From an uncultured Chthonomonadaceae bacterium (GTDB lineage: Bacteria > Armatimonadota > Chthonomonadetes > Chthonomonadales > Chthonomonadaceae), in contig CAWIEK010000046.1 of assembly GCA_963835065.1 (NCBI GenBank), positions 119,219 through 183,218 on the forward strand: DNA of 64,000 nucleotides, given 5' to 3'. A program made the position numbers and the translations under genes. The notes beneath the pieces were generated by a model. The model ran no database searches. It was given only the letters and a program-made list of their open reading frames with translations, and was not told the origin of the DNA. The first letter of the stretch is position 1; the number at the start of each line of letters is the position of its first letter. This document shows positions 9,380-19,985 of this stretch, in pieces.

Positions 9380-10009
9380 ATGGCGGTCAACACAATTCTG
9401 GGCAGAAAAATCGGCATGACCCAGGTCTTCAATGACCGGGGCGAAGTAGTGCCGGTTTCCGTGATAGAAGCAGGCCCCTGCATTGTCACGCAGCTCAAAA
9501 GTGTTGAAAAAGACGGCTACGTAGCCGTCCAGGTCGGGTTTGGCGAGATACGCCCCCGGCTTGTCAACAAACCGGAAACGGGGCACTTCACCAAAGCAGG
9601 CATCGCGCCAACGCGACACCTGCGCGAAATCCGCACCGACGACACAAGCGCGTACAAATTGGGCGATGCCATTAAATGTGACATCTTCGCGCCCAACCAG
9701 CGCGTCAAGGTGACGGGTATATCCAAAGGCAAAGGTTTTGCCGGCGTCGTTAAGCGCTACCACTTTCATGGCGGCGATATGACGCACGGCTCCATGATCC
9801 ACCGCAAGCCGCAGTCCAGCGGCGCGACCGATGCGGCCCGCACGTTCAAGGGAACCAAAAAACCCGGACAAATGGGCAACAAGCAGGTGTCGGTGCGCGG
9901 ACTGCGCATTGTGCGCGTGGACCCGGAACAAAATTTACTGCTGATCGAGGGCGCTATTCCCGGCTCCGACGGCGGGCTTGTGACCATTCAGCGCCTGGGG
10001 CGACGGTAG
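9380..10009 (+). CDS. rplC: 50S ribosomal protein L3
   Basis: LGRKIGMTQVF, SKGKGFAGVVKR. Confidence 0.99.
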   Translation: MAVNTILGRKIGMTQVFNDRGEVVPVSVIEAGPCIVTQLKSVEKDGYVAVQVGFGEIRPRLVNKPETGHFTKAGIAPTRHLREIRTDDTSAYKLGDAIKCDIFAPNQRVKVTGISKGKGFAGVVKRYHFHGGDMTHGSMIHRKPQSSGATDAARTFKGTKKPGQMGNKQVSVRGLRIVRVDPEQNLLLIEGAIPGSDGGLVTIQRLGRR

Positions 10010-10024
10010 GAGATAGCAAACATC

Positions 10025-10792
10025 ATGGCAAGCATTACACTATTGAACCAGGAGGGCGGCCAGGTCGGCGCGCTCGAACTGCCTGATGCGGTCTTCGGCG
10101 TCGAATACAATCAGGCGCTCGTCCATCAGGCTATCGTGTCCGAAGAAGCCAACCAGCGGCAGGGCACCCACAACACCAAACAACGCTCCGATGTGCGCGG
10201 CGGCGGACGCAAGCCCTGGAAGCAAAAGGGCACGGGACGCGCTCGGCAGGGTACGATCCGCGCTCCGCAGTGGCGTGGCGGCGGCGTCGTATTCGGCCCG
10301 CACCCCCGCGATTACCGCAAAGCGTTTCCCGTCGCTATGCGGCGCGGCGCGATGCGCAGCGTGCTTTCTGAAAAAGTGCGCGAAGGCAACATCATCGGAC
10401 TCGACGCGCTCAATTTCACGGAAGCCAAAACCAAGAACGCGGTTGCTTTGCTCAAGGCGCTCAATCTTGGGGATACCAAGCGCGTCCTGATCGTGGTTCC
10501 CGAACACAGCGAAACCCTGCGCCGCGCAACGCGCAATCTGGAAAGTCAGGGATTGGAACTGCGGTTCGCGCCCAACTTCTCCGTGCGCGACGCGCTGGTG
10601 GCGAATAAGATCGTCATTGTGCAGGACGCGATTGCCAAAATCGAAGCGGTCTGGACCTCCAAAAGCAAGAAGCAGGGCAACAGCGCCCTGGGCGCGCAGG
10701 AGGATACCGCCGAAGACGCCGCCGCGATTATGACCGACGGCTCTATAGAAAATTCCACGATTGGAACAGAAGGAGCGGAGGTGTCCGCATGA
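10025..10792 (+). CDS. rplD: 50S ribosomal protein L4 (acidic C-terminal tail)
   Basis: [28 protein letters not shown]. Confidence 0.99.
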   Translation: MASITLLNQEGGQVGALELPDAVFGVEYNQALVHQAIVSEEANQRQGTHNTKQRSDVRGGGRKPWKQKGTGRARQGTIRAPQWRGGGVVFGPHPRDYRKAFPVAMRRGAMRSVLSEKVREGNIIGLDALNFTEAKTKNAVALLKALNLGDTKRVLIVVPEHSETLRRATRNLESQGLELRFAPNFSVRDALVANKIVIVQDAIAKIEAVWTSKSKKQGNSALGAQEDTAEDAAAIMTDGSIENSTIGTEGAEVSA

Positions 10793-11121
10793 GAGACGTA
10801 CACGAAATCATCATTCGCCCGCTGCTGACGGAAAAAAGCACCATTCAGGCGCAGCAGAACAAATACCACTTCAAAGTGAACCCGTCGGCCAACAAGATTG
10901 AGATTGCGGACGCGGTTGGCAAAATCTATGCCAGCGCGGGCGCGAAAGTGCTGGCGGTCAATACCATCCATGTCAAAGGCAAGAAAAAGCGCGCCATGAC
11001 AAAGGGCGGCAAGCCCGGCTACTCGCCCAACTGGAAAAAGGCCATCGTGACCACAGATAAGCCTCTCGAACTCTTTGATTTTATGGATCAGGGAACCAAC
11101 GATCCGGGAGGGCAGGTGTAA
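10789..11121 (+). CDS. rplW: 50S ribosomal protein L23
   Basis: IRPLLTEKS, ANKIEI, WKKAIVT. Confidence 0.98.
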   Translation: MRDVHEIIIRPLLTEKSTIQAQQNKYHFKVNPSANKIEIADAVGKIYASAGAKVLAVNTIHVKGKKKRAMTKGGKPGYSPNWKKAIVTTDKPLELFDFMDQGTNDPGGQV

Positions 11122-11124
11122 CAA

Positions 11125-11986
11125 ATGCCGATTCGACATTATAAACCCAATACGCCGGGAACCCGCTTCCGCTCCGTTGCCACGCATACGGAACTGACGA
11201 AGCAGGAAGGCAAAAACCAGCCGGTTCGCCCGCATAAGCCCCTGCTGGAACCCATCAAAAAGAGCGGCGGACGTAACAACAAAGGCCGCATCACCAGCCG
11301 GTTCCGGGGCGGCGGCAACAAGCGCATGTACCGGATCATTGACTTCAAGCGCAACAAGTACGACATGCCCGCAACCGTGCGAACCATCGAGTACGATCCC
11401 AACCGGACGTGCCGCATCTCCCTGGTGGAATACGCGGACGGCGAAAAGCGCTACATCCTGACTCCCATCGGCATGAAAGTCGGCGATACGATTATCTGCC
11501 AGCGAAACGGCGGATATTCGGCCCGGCAACAGCCTGCCCCTGTACGCCATTCCTGTCGGCACAGTCATCCACAACGTGGAACTGCACCTGGGCAAGGGCG
11601 GGCAGCTTGTTCGCTCTGCGGGCGTCGGCGCGCAGTTGATGGGCAAGGGCAGCGGCAGCAAGTTCGGACAGGTGCGCCTGCCTTCGGGCGAAACGCGCCT
11701 GATTCTGCTGACGTGCCATGCCACCATCGGACAGGTCGGCAACCCCGAACACGAGAACATCTCGCTCGGCAAAGCGGGCGCGACGCGCTGGCGCGGACGC
11801 CGGGGCCATGTGCGCGGTATCGCCATGACGCCACGCGATCACCCGCACGGCGGCGGCGAAGCGCAAAGCCCCATCGGACGCAAAAAAGGTCCGGCTTCGC
11901 CCTGGGGCAAACCCGCCATTGGCGCCAAGACCCGCCGCAACAAGGCGACGGACAAGTTCATTATCCGCAGAAGGAACAGCAAGTAA
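11125..11986 (+). CDS. rplB: 50S ribosomal protein L2 (apparent +1 indel near 11497)
   Basis: [18 protein letters not shown], then in another frame [27 protein letters not shown]. Confidence 0.97.
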
Positions 11987-12091
11987 GGGAACAGGGAACA
12001 GGGAACAGGGAACAGTAGATTTCCTTCTTCCTCAACCTATCAGAAGAATACAGGGATTTACTGTTCCCTGTTCCCTGTTCCCTGTTCCCTT
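11985..12091. repeat. Palindromic tandem-heptamer element (AGGGAAC)n-spacer-(GTTCCCT)n
   Basis: Four units per arm, overlaps the rplB stop and abuts the rpsS SD. Confidence 0.95.
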
Positions 12092-12103
12092 CGGAGATAC
12101 TCG

Positions 12104-12391
12104 ATGGGACGTTCACTCAAAAAAGGACCGTATGCCGATCCGAAGCTGCTGGAAAAGGTGCGGGGCATGAATGCGCGCAATGAAAAGAAGGCCATCAAGA
12201 CCTGGTCGCGCCGCTCCACCATTTTCCCGGACTTCATCGGGCATACCATGCTCGTACACGATGGGCGCAAGCATATTCCGATTTTCATTACCGAAAACAT
12301 GGTCGGACACAAGCTGGGCGAATTCGCCGGAACGCGCCTTTTCCGCGGACATGCCGGGCAGCAGGTCGAACGCCGCTCCGGCATCAAATAG
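12104..12391 (+). CDS. rpsS: 30S ribosomal protein S19
   Basis: [27 protein letters not shown]. Confidence 0.99.
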   Translation: MGRSLKKGPYADPKLLEKVRGMNARNEKKAIKTWSRRSTIFPDFIGHTMLVHDGRKHIPIFITENMVGHKLGEFAGTRLFRGHAGQQVERRSGIK

Positions 12392-12409
12392 AAAGGGACG
12401 CGAACCGTC

Positions 12410-13327
12410 ATGTCCAATGACACAGTTGACTCCAATGTGGGCGTCCTCGAACGCCCGCGCCAGCACCGCGAAAACCGCAAAAAGAACATCGGGCGCAAAG
12501 TGGCCCCCAATCAGGCGTTTGCCGTCGTGAAGTTTATCCGCGTTCCGCCGCGCAAAGCGCGCTCTGGTGATAAACGAAGTGCGCGGCAAGTACGCCAATG
12601 ACGCGCTGGCTTTTCTGCGCTTCATTCCGAATCGCGCGGCAGGCTACATCTCGAAAGTGCTGTACTCGGCTGTCGCCAACGCCGCCAACAATCACGGCCT
12701 TAACCCCGATAACCTGAAACTGGTGGAAGCCCGCGTAGACGAAGGCCCGCGCATGAAGCGCGTACAGCCCCGCGCGCAGGGACGGGCATACCGCATCCTG
12801 AAGCGGATGAGCCATATCACGGTTATCGTGGAAGAAGTGGAACCCAAGCCGCGCAAGCCGAAGAAGACCGGACGCCGCAATCAGCAGCCCGGACGACAGC
12901 AGCAGGCAACGCCGACGACAGCCTCCGCGCCCGTCGCCGCGCCGCAGGCAACGGAAGACACCACGCCCATAACAACGACGGAAGATACGACGCCCGGTGA
13001 GATTGAGGCGACAACGGCAGCCGAAGCAACAACAGCGGCAGTCGCAACCGAAGCCACAACGCCCCACGTTCCGGCAGTGGAAACAACCCCGGCGCCAACG
13101 AAGCGACGGAAACCGTAACAACCGGCGCGGCGCAGTCCACGAGCGAAGTAACCGAAGGCCCGCAAACGGCGAACCCGGCGACAACCGACGAAATCGGCGC
13201 GCCGACAACCCCGCCCGCCATAGAGCCGACAACCGCGCCAACGGACGGCGACGTGACCGGCAGCACACAGGCCGAAACCGCCAACACAGGCGACAAAACC
13301 GACGAAATTGGAGCGCCGACCGAGTAG
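12410..13327 (+). CDS. rplV: 50S ribosomal protein L22 with N-terminal extension and long Ala/Thr/Glu/Pro C-terminal tail (apparent indels near 12563 and 13090)
   Basis: [10 protein letters not shown] / VINEVRGK / SAVANA / [19 protein letters not shown]; the tail continues ..[12 protein letters not shown] to TAG 13327. Confidence 0.92.
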
Positions 13328-13329
13328 GA

Positions 13330-13455
13330 GGGAAGATATAAGATATAAGATATAAGATATAAGTGTGGAGTCAGTGCAGTGTCTACTACATCAGTGGAGT
13401 AAGTGAGCAGAAGGCATCCTTACTTATATCTTATATCTTATATCTTATATCTCCT
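13330..13455. repeat. Palindromic tandem-heptamer element (AAGATAT)n-spacer-(ATATCTT)n
   Basis: Four units per arm between the rplV stop and the rpsC SD. Confidence 0.95.
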
Positions 13456-13472
13456 GCCTCTCAGGAGAAAAC

Positions 13473-14697
13473 ATGGGCCAGAAAGTACACCCAATCGGAT
13501 TTCGGATCGGCGTGATTCGCGATACGGAGAGCAAGTGGTATCTCCCGAAGCGCGGTTTCGCCGACGCCGTGTATGAAGATTACAAAATTCGCCGCTACAT
13601 CAAGAAGCACAAGATTCTTGCCAACGCCGCTATTTCCCGCGTGGAAATCGAGCGGGGCGGCAACCGCGTGAAAGCCACGCTGCATACGGCCAAGCCCGGC
13701 ATCATCATCGGGCGGCAGGGGCAGGGCGTGGACAACCTCAAAGCCGAACTGGAAAAGCTGACTCAAAAGCAGGTGCATGTTTCTGTCAACGAAATCCGGC
13801 AGCCGGATCAAGACGCGCAGCTTGTGGCCGAAAGCATCGCGCAGCAGATCGAAAAGCGCATCGCGTACAAGCGGGCTATGCGTCAGGCGGTTTTGCGGGC
13901 TATGAAGCTGGGCGTCAAGGGCATCCGCGTGATGTGTTCCGGGCGGTTGGCGGGCGCGGAAATGGCGCGTAAAGAGCAGGATCGTCAGGGCAAAATCCCC
14001 CTGCATACCCTGCGCGCCGATATTGACTACGGCTTTGCCGAAGCGGCAACAACGTATGGCAACATCGGCATCAAAGTCTGGATTTACAAGGGCGATGTTC
14101 TGCCCGGACAGGCGCAGACAGACCGAATCCGAACCGGCTCGCCCGCAGCGTGGCGACGGACGCCCGGATCGTTCCGGCGAGCGCTCCGATACCGGACGCG
14201 GCGGACGCGGCGGTGAGCGTGGCGGACGCGGCGGTGATCGCGGCGGCAGAGGCGGCGGTGGCGGACGCGGCGGCCAGGGTGGCGGCGGTGGCTACGCCGG
14301 CGGTGGCGGCCAGGGCGGCGGTCAAGGCGGTGGCGGCTACGCAGGTGGCGGCGGACGTGGCGGCGGCGGTCAAGGCGGCCAGGGTGGCGGCCAGGGCGGA
14401 CCTGCCCGCACCGGTGGACGCGGTGACGGCTTCGGCGGCGCGGCACAGGGCGGACCCCGCGCGCAGGGCACAGGCGGCAGCCGTCCGAGCGGCGGTGGCG
14501 GCGGAACAAGCCGTCCGGGCGCAGGCGGCGGACCGAGTGGTGTGCCGGGTGGCGGCGGACGACCTGCGGGTGAGCAGGGCCGACGCGCCGATGTTAGTGG
14601 AACCGGGCGCGAAGCGCCGCAGGGCCATCAGGATCAACGCGGGGGCGCAGGCCCCGGCGGGGGTCATCCCAACGATAATCCTACACCGAATGAGTAG
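13473..14697 (+). CDS. rpsC: 30S ribosomal protein S3 with Gly/Arg-rich C-terminal extension (apparent indel near 14120)
   Basis: [32 protein letters not shown]; the RGG/GGQGG tail runs to TAG 14697. Confidence 0.93.
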
Positions 14698-14708
14698 GTG
14701 TGCGGCGG

Positions 14709-14835
14709 AGAAGGGAACAGGAAACAGGGAACAGGGAACAGTAGAATGTACTGTGAACTAAAACCCTCAATTAAGCCAGGGCAAAGGTTCAGCGGGCGCA
14801 TCCTGCTGTTCCCTGTTCCCTGTTTCCTGTTCTCT
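14709..14835. repeat. Palindromic tandem-heptamer element (AGGGAAC)n-spacer-(GTTCCCT)n
   Basis: Complementary arms; each arm contains one AGGAAAC/GTTTCCT variant unit. Confidence 0.9.
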
Positions 14836-14864
14836 GTACTCTGCTTCATGGAGGAAACCAAACA

Positions 14865-15353
14865 ATGTTGATGCCGAAGCGCGTGAAACACCGCAAACAG
14901 CATCGTGGGCGCCGCGACGGTAAAGCGTCGGGCGGAACGGAAGTCTCTTTCGGCGATTTCGGCCTGCAAGCTATGGAGTCTTGCTGGATGACGGCCAACC
15001 AGATCGAAGCCGCGCGTATCGCCATGAACCGCTACATCAAGCGGCAGGGCAAAATCTGGATTCGCATTTTCCCCGATAAGCCGTTTACCAAGAAGCCGGC
15101 GGAAACCCGCATGGGTTCCGGTAAGGGCGCTCCTGACGGCTGGGTCGCGGTAATCAAGCCGGGGCGCGTGTTGTTCGAGATGGGCGGCGTGGCCGAATCG
15201 GTGGCGCGGGAAGCGATGCGGCTTGCCTCGCATAAGCTGCCGATTGAAACCAAGTTTATCCGGCGCGACACGCCGACTGCGATGGTGGATGAATTGGATG
15301 CCGAGGAAGCGGCGGAAGTGCTGACGGAGGGCGATGACAATGGCGGAGCTTAA
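14865..15353 (+). CDS. rplP: 50S ribosomal protein L16 (acidic tail)
   Basis: [27 protein letters not shown]. Confidence 0.99.
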   Translation: MLMPKRVKHRKQHRGRRDGKASGGTEVSFGDFGLQAMESCWMTANQIEAARIAMNRYIKRQGKIWIRIFPDKPFTKKPAETRMGSGKGAPDGWVAVIKPGRVLFEMGGVAESVAREAMRLASHKLPIETKFIRRDTPTAMVDELDAEEAAEVLTEGDDNGGA

Positions 15354-15570
15354 GATAAAACAGGTGCGCGAACACCTGCGCCAGATGAGCGATGACGAAC
15401 TGCGGCAGGAAATCACCGCGAACAAGGCGCTGTTGTTCGATTTTCGCCGCCGTCAGGCGATGCGCCAATTGGAAAATACGGCGGCTATTCGCAACGCGCG
15501 CAAGCAGATCGCCCGCGCGCTGACGATCATAAAAGAGCGGGAAATCGCCGCGAAAGGAGACACCAGGTAG
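15340..15570 (+). CDS. rpmC: 50S ribosomal protein L29
   Basis: [29 protein letters not shown]; position in operon. Confidence 0.95.
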   Translation: MAELKIKQVREHLRQMSDDELRQEITANKALLFDFRRRQAMRQLENTAAIRNARKQIARALTIIKEREIAAKGDTR

Positions 15571-15572
15571 CC

Positions 15573-16235
15573 ATGTCAGACGAAACAGTAAACTCGGTGG
15601 CAACGCCCATCGAAACCGAACCGACAGCTGCTGCGGTGAACGCTCCCGAAGCGACTCCGGCGGAAGAAGCCATCGGCGTGTTGGCGACGCCCAATGAAGA
15701 AGCGGCTGTGGAAACTTCCACGACGGAACCCTTAGCCTCGGAAACCGCCACAACGGAAGCGAACGCGGCGGAAGCCGGCACGACGGATGCGCCCGCAGCC
15801 GTAGAAACTCCGACTGCGGCACCGGCGATTGCCGAACCGGTTGCTGTCGCCGCTCCCACGCCGGTTGCGACGCCTGCTCCCAAAGCGAAGCCGCAGTCAA
15901 CGGGCGGCGGGGCGAAGTCCAAGCTGTCCGATCCGGCCAACGACATGAACATCATTCATTTCGAGGGCGACAAGAGCGAAACCGAGCGTGGCGGGCGCAA
16001 GGTGCGCGTGGGCCGCGTGGTCAGCAACAAAATGGAAAAGACGATTGTTGTAGCCGTGGAAACCCGCAAGCGCCATCCGTTGTACGGCAAGTTCATGCGC
16101 CAAACGGCCAAGTTCAAAGCCCATGACGAGCAGAACGAGTGCGGCGAGGGCGATACCGTGGAAATCATGGAAACCCGCCCCATCTCCAAAGACAAGAACT
16201 GGCGCGTCGTCCGCATTGTTGCAAAAGCGAAATAG
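15573..16235 (+). CDS. rpsQ: 30S ribosomal protein S17 with long N-terminal Ala/Thr/Glu/Pro extension
   Basis: [32 protein letters not shown] in the C-terminal ~85 aa. Confidence 0.95.
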   Translation: MSDETVNSVATPIETEPTAAAVNAPEATPAEEAIGVLATPNEEAAVETSTTEPLASETATTEANAAEAGTTDAPAAVETPTAAPAIAEPVAVAAPTPVATPAPKAKPQSTGGGAKSKLSDPANDMNIIHFEGDKSETERGGRKVRVGRVVSNKMEKTIVVAVETRKRHPLYGKFMRQTAKFKAHDEQNECGEGDTVEIMETRPISKDKNWRVVRIVAKAK

Positions 16236-16249
16236 CAGTAGGCGGTAGT

Positions 16250-16350
16250 CTCAGAGTGGTCGAGTGTTCAAAGGTTTATTGCAGTAGTAGAATGAGTCGC
16301 TATGATTTGTCTCCCTGAACACCCAAATACCTGAACACCTGAACACCTGA
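16250..16350. repeat. Degenerate octamer element (CTGAACAC)n
   Basis: CCTGAACACCCAAATACCTGAACACCTGAACACCTGA before the rplN SD; left arm eroded. Confidence 0.6.
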
Positions 16351-16366
16351 CTTCGGAGATAGCTAG

Positions 16367-16738
16367 ATGATTCAACCCTATACCCGTTTGCGCTGCGCCG
16401 ACAATTCGGGGGCGCGCGAGATTATGTGTATTCGCGTCTTGAAAGGCTCGAATACCAAGTACGCTTATGTGGGCGATGTGATTGTCGGCGTTGTGAAGTC
16501 GGCCACGCCCAATCAGCAGGTCAAAAAGAGCGATGTGGTAAAATGTGTTGTCGTACGCACAAAGCAGCCCATTCGCCGCCCGGATGGCAGCGTCCTGCGC
16601 TTCGATGACAACGCCGCCGTCGTTCTCGCCACCAACAATCAGGACCCGCGCGGGTCGCGTATTTTTGGCCCGGTGGCGCGTGAATTGCGCGAAAACAGCT
16701 TTATGAAGATTGTTTCGCTGGCCCCGGAGGTATTGTAA
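16367..16738 (+). CDS. rplN: 50S ribosomal protein L14
   Basis: [27 protein letters not shown]. Confidence 0.99.
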   Translation: MIQPYTRLRCADNSGAREIMCIRVLKGSNTKYAYVGDVIVGVVKSATPNQQVKKSDVVKCVVVRTKQPIRRPDGSVLRFDDNAAVVLATNNQDPRGSRIFGPVARELRENSFMKIVSLAPEVL

Positions 16739-17169
16739 TGCCCAAGCTGAAAAAGAGTACGCCGCTGGAACCGGTCAAGCTCAAAATCAAAAAAGGCGAT
16801 ACGGTGGAAGTAATTTCCGGCAAGGACAAAGCCTCGTCGGGACAGCCGCCCAAGCGCGGCGAAGTGCTGGCCGCGTATCCCAAGGAAAACAAAGTGCTGG
16901 TGAAGGGTGTCAACATGATCATCAAGCACCAGAAGGAACGGCCTTCCAGCCGCCCGTCCCTGAACAACGCCACGCCCCCGCCGATTCCCGGCGGGCGCAT
17001 TGAAAAAGAAAACCCGCTTTTCGTCGCTAAAGTGATGCTTGTCTGCCCGAACTGCCAGCGTCCCACCCGCGTAGGCTACGCCTTCCGCGAGGGGCAGGAA
17101 AAGCTGTCGCGCCGCAAGTACCGCGTGTGCAAGCATCCTGACTGCGCGAAAGCGATTGACCAGAGTTAA
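16738..17169 (+). CDS. rplX: 50S ribosomal protein L24
   Basis: [18 protein letters not shown] motif, [10 protein letters not shown], Cys zinc-ribbon end. Confidence 0.97.
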   Translation: MPKLKKSTPLEPVKLKIKKGDTVEVISGKDKASSGQPPKRGEVLAAYPKENKVLVKGVNMIIKHQKERPSSRPSLNNATPPPIPGGRIEKENPLFVAKVMLVCPNCQRPTRVGYAFREGQEKLSRRKYRVCKHPDCAKAIDQS

Positions 17170-17173
17170 TATC

Positions 17174-17340
17174 TCACCACAGAGGCACAGAGACACAGAG
17201 GCTTCACAGAGAAAAGAACAGATAAAAGAAAAGGCAAGAAGAGTAGAACCGTAAGACTTCTTCTTTTCTCCTTTTCTCCTTTTCTCCTTTTCTTCTTTTC
17301 TTCTCTGTGGAACCTCTGTGTCTCTGTGCCTCTGTGGTGA
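17174..17340. repeat. Nested palindromic element (CACAGAG-type outer arms, AGAAAAG-type inner arms)
   Basis: TCACCACAGAGGCACAGAGACACAGAGG ... CCTCTGTGTCTCTGTGCCTCTGTGGTGA. Confidence 0.9.
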
Positions 17341-17392
17341 ACGACTTTCCCGCCGCCGGTCGGAAATCGGTGGGCGTTTAAGGGAGCGATTT

Positions 17393-17953
17393 ATGCCTAC
17401 AACGGCTCGTTTGAAAGAGCGCTACAAGTCTGAAGTAGCGCCCGGCCTCATCAAGCAGTTCAACTACAAGAACGTGATGCAGGCTCCGAGGATTGACAAA
17501 ATCGTGATTAACATGGGCGTCGGGCGCGCGGGACAGACCGGCGGCGACAGCAAGGAACTGGACGGAGCCGTGCGCGATATGACGGCGATTGCGGGGCAGA
17601 AGCCGCTCATCACGCGCGCCCGCAAGTCCATCGCCAACTTCAAGTTGCGCGAAGGTTCGCGGGTCGGCTGCAAAGTGACCCTGCGCGGTGAGCGCATGTA
17701 CGAGTTCTTTGATCGTCTGGTCAACGCGACGCTGCCGCGTATCCGGGACTTTCAGGGTATTTCGCCCAACTCGTTCGACGGCAGAGGCAACTTTGCGATG
17801 GGCATGAAAGAGCAGCTTGTCTTCCCCGAAATTGATTACGACAAGATTGACAAGGTGCGCGGCATGGATATTATCATCTGCACCACTGCCAATACGGACG
17901 AGGAAGCCCGCGCCCTGCTCAAAGCGATGGGAATGCCTTTCCGCGATAAGTAG
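17393..17953 (+). CDS. rplE: 50S ribosomal protein L5
   Basis: [25 protein letters not shown]; start ATG 17393. Confidence 0.99.
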   Translation: MPTTARLKERYKSEVAPGLIKQFNYKNVMQAPRIDKIVINMGVGRAGQTGGDSKELDGAVRDMTAIAGQKPLITRARKSIANFKLREGSRVGCKVTLRGERMYEFFDRLVNATLPRIRDFQGISPNSFDGRGNFAMGMKEQLVFPEIDYDKIDKVRGMDIIICTTANTDEEARALLKAMGMPFRDK

Positions 17954-17987
17954 GCTTGCGTTTTGGAAACCGAATACGAGTTCGCTT

Positions 17988-18030
17988 AAAACAGCCCGCT
18001 GTTGTTGGAAAACAATGGCGGGCTGTTTGT
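17988..18030 (+). terminator. Terminator-like hairpin closing the ribosomal cluster
   Basis: AAACAGCCCGCTGTTGTT..AACAATGGCGGGCTGTTT. Confidence 0.7.
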
Positions 18031-18212
18031 CATTAAAACCTGATATTATCCTGCTCTTTCGTTCAGGCCATGCAATGTGGAAGGGGATTCAAACGTTGTA
18101 GGAAGTAGGGCAGGAGAATTGCAGGGTGTATGAAGAATGTTGACTCGTAAGTTACGTATCCATGCAGAGGATTGCAGGGACTTCGACTGTTTGATGGGAA
18201 AGGGGCGCAGGC

Positions 18213-19910
18213 TTGATGGCGATGCCGGTGATTTGGACGATTGATGATGATGCCGATGTGTTGCAGGCGGTACGCAATGACTTGCGGCAGTACGTCAATG
18301 CGGCGGCAAAGGCGGCAGGCACGTCCCCGCAATACCGCGTGATGGCCGCGTCTTCCGGGCCGAGCGCGCTGGAAGCCCTGAAGGAACTGAAAGCGCGGAA
18401 CGAACCCGTCGCCCTGTTTCTGGTGGATCAGCGGATGCCCGAAATGACCGGCGTGGAGTTTTTGGAGGAAGCGCGTAAGCTGTACCCGGACGCCAAGCGG
18501 ATGCTGCTGACCGCGTACTCGGACTCGGACGCGGCCATTCGCGCCATCAACTCGGTGCGCGTGGACTATTATCTCGTCAAGCCGTGGAGTCCCGCGCATG
18601 AAAAACTGTATCCCTATCTGGATCGGCTTCTCGCGGCGTGGCAGCAGGATTACCGCCCCGATTTCGATGGCATCCGCGTAATCGGACACCGCTGGTCGCC
18701 GCTGACGCACGATGTAAAAGATTTCCTCGCCCGCAACCGCAGCCCGTATCTGTGGATGGATGTGGAAACGGAAAAGGATATATGCAATCGCCTGCAAGCG
18801 CTTGGATTGGGCGATGAGGATTTGCCGGTCGTGCTGTTTCCCGACGGCTCACATCTGGCGAAACCTTCCACACTGGAACTTGCCGAAAAACTTGGATTGA
18901 AAACGCAGGCGGATGCGGAGTTTTATGATTTGATTATCATTGGTGGCGGGCCGGCTGGACTGGCGGCGGGCGTGTACGGGGCATCGGAAGGCTTGAAAAC
19001 GCTGATGGTCGAGCGGGAAGCGCCGGGCGGGCAGGCGGGAACCAGTTCGCTGATCGAAAACTACCTGGGCTTTCCCGAAGGCGTGACGGGGCAGGATTTG
19101 GCGCAACTGGCAGTTGCGCAGGCAAAGAAATTCAAGGTGGAAATCCTTGCGCCGCAGGAAGTGGTCGGGCTGCGGGTGGAAGACCCGTACCGGTACGTGA
19201 CGCTCAAAGACGGCACTGAAGTGGGCGCGTATGCCATTGTGATTGCAACCGGCGTGACGTGGCGGCGCTTGAATGTGCCGGGACTGGAGCCATTGACAGG
19301 CGCGGGCGTGTACTATGGCGCGGCGATTACCGAAGCGATGGCGTGTCAGGATGAGCGCGTGTTTATTGTGGGCGGCGCGAATTCCGCCGGGCAGGGCGCG
19401 ATGTACTTTTCCCGCTATGCCAGTCACGTCACGATGCTGCTGCGCGGCGACAGCCTTGCGCGAACCATGTCACAGTATCTTATCGAGCAGATCGAAAAAA
19501 CCTGTAATATCGAAGTGCGAACGTGCGCGCAAGTTGTGAAGGCGCATGGCGAGCATCGGCTGGAAGCGATAGATATTCTGGATGCCAACGGCGACAAGGT
19601 TGAAACTGTGCCTGCCACGTCCCTGTTTATCTTCATCGGCGCGGAACCCTGTACGGAATGGCTCAACGGCATTGTGGAGCGCGACGATCACGGCTTCATC
19701 CTCACCGGCCCCGACTTGATGCAGGACGGCAAGTACCCGGCAGTCTGGAAACGCGACCGCGACCCGCTTTTGCTGGAAACCAGCGTACCCGGCATTTTCG
19801 CTGCCGGTGATGTGCGGCACGGCTCCGTAAAACGCTGCGCGGCGGGCGTGGGCGCGGGTTCCATTGCCGTACAGTTCGTGCATCAATATCTGGCGGAAGT
19901 GAGAGGATAG
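18213..19910 (+). CDS. Receiver domain - glutaredoxin-like - thioredoxin-reductase-like fusion
   Basis: IDDD..LVDQRMPEMTG..KPW receiver; WSPLTHDVKDFLARN..LPVVLFPDG Grx-like; GGGPAG, GGANSAG, FAAGDVR; no CxxC. Confidence 0.9.
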   Translation: MMAMPVIWTIDDDADVLQAVRNDLRQYVNAAAKAAGTSPQYRVMAASSGPSALEALKELKARNEPVALFLVDQRMPEMTGVEFLEEARKLYPDAKRMLLTAYSDSDAAIRAINSVRVDYYLVKPWSPAHEKLYPYLDRLLAAWQQDYRPDFDGIRVIGHRWSPLTHDVKDFLARNRSPYLWMDVETEKDICNRLQALGLGDEDLPVVLFPDGSHLAKPSTLELAEKLGLKTQADAEFYDLIIIGGGPAGLAAGVYGASEGLKTLMVEREAPGGQAGTSSLIENYLGFPEGVTGQDLAQLAVAQAKKFKVEILAPQEVVGLRVEDPYRYVTLKDGTEVGAYAIVIATGVTWRRLNVPGLEPLTGAGVYYGAAITEAMACQDERVFIVGGANSAGQGAMYFSRYASHVTMLLRGDSLARTMSQYLIEQIEKTCNIEVRTCAQVVKAHGEHRLEAIDILDANGDKVETVPATSLFIFIGAEPCTEWLNGIVERDDHGFILTGPDLMQDGKYPAVWKRDRDPLLLETSVPGIFAAGDVRHGSVKRCAAGVGAGSIAVQFVHQYLAEVRG

Positions 19911-19985
19911 GTGTTCAGGTGTTCAGGTGTTCAGGTATTCAGGTATTCGGTATTCGGTATTCGGTGTTCGGTGTTCGGGTGTTCC
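19910..19985 (+). repeat. Single-arm tandem repeat (GGTGTTCA)n grading into (GGTATTC)n
   Basis: Directly follows the stop codon; no adjacent complementary arm. Confidence 0.85.

Noticed and set aside
8666..11826. Long antisense ORFs (e.g. 8666-9931, 10546-11826; also 42869-44101, 51900-53225, 56607-57689)
   Set aside because: They are shadows of GC-rich sense genes with no recognisable motifs.
11490..14130. Programmed frameshifting or pseudogenisation of rplB, rplV, rpsC
   Set aside because: These are essential, otherwise conserved genes with single-base indels and no slippery motifs; sequencing error is the simpler explanation. The same caution applies to the GH16, TolC, MNT and STAND breaks.
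2238..17340. Repeat-spacer elements as a CRISPR array
   Set aside because: The arms are inverted tandem microsatellites that differ between loci and are separated by genes; there are no direct 25-45-bp repeats and no cas genes.
1652..19978. Upstream-extended ORF starts (1652 rpsL, 7585 rpsJ, 17318 rplE, 19919 GH16)
   Set aside because: The extensions translate leader or repeat DNA; conserved N-termini (with SDs for the ribosomal genes) lie downstream.
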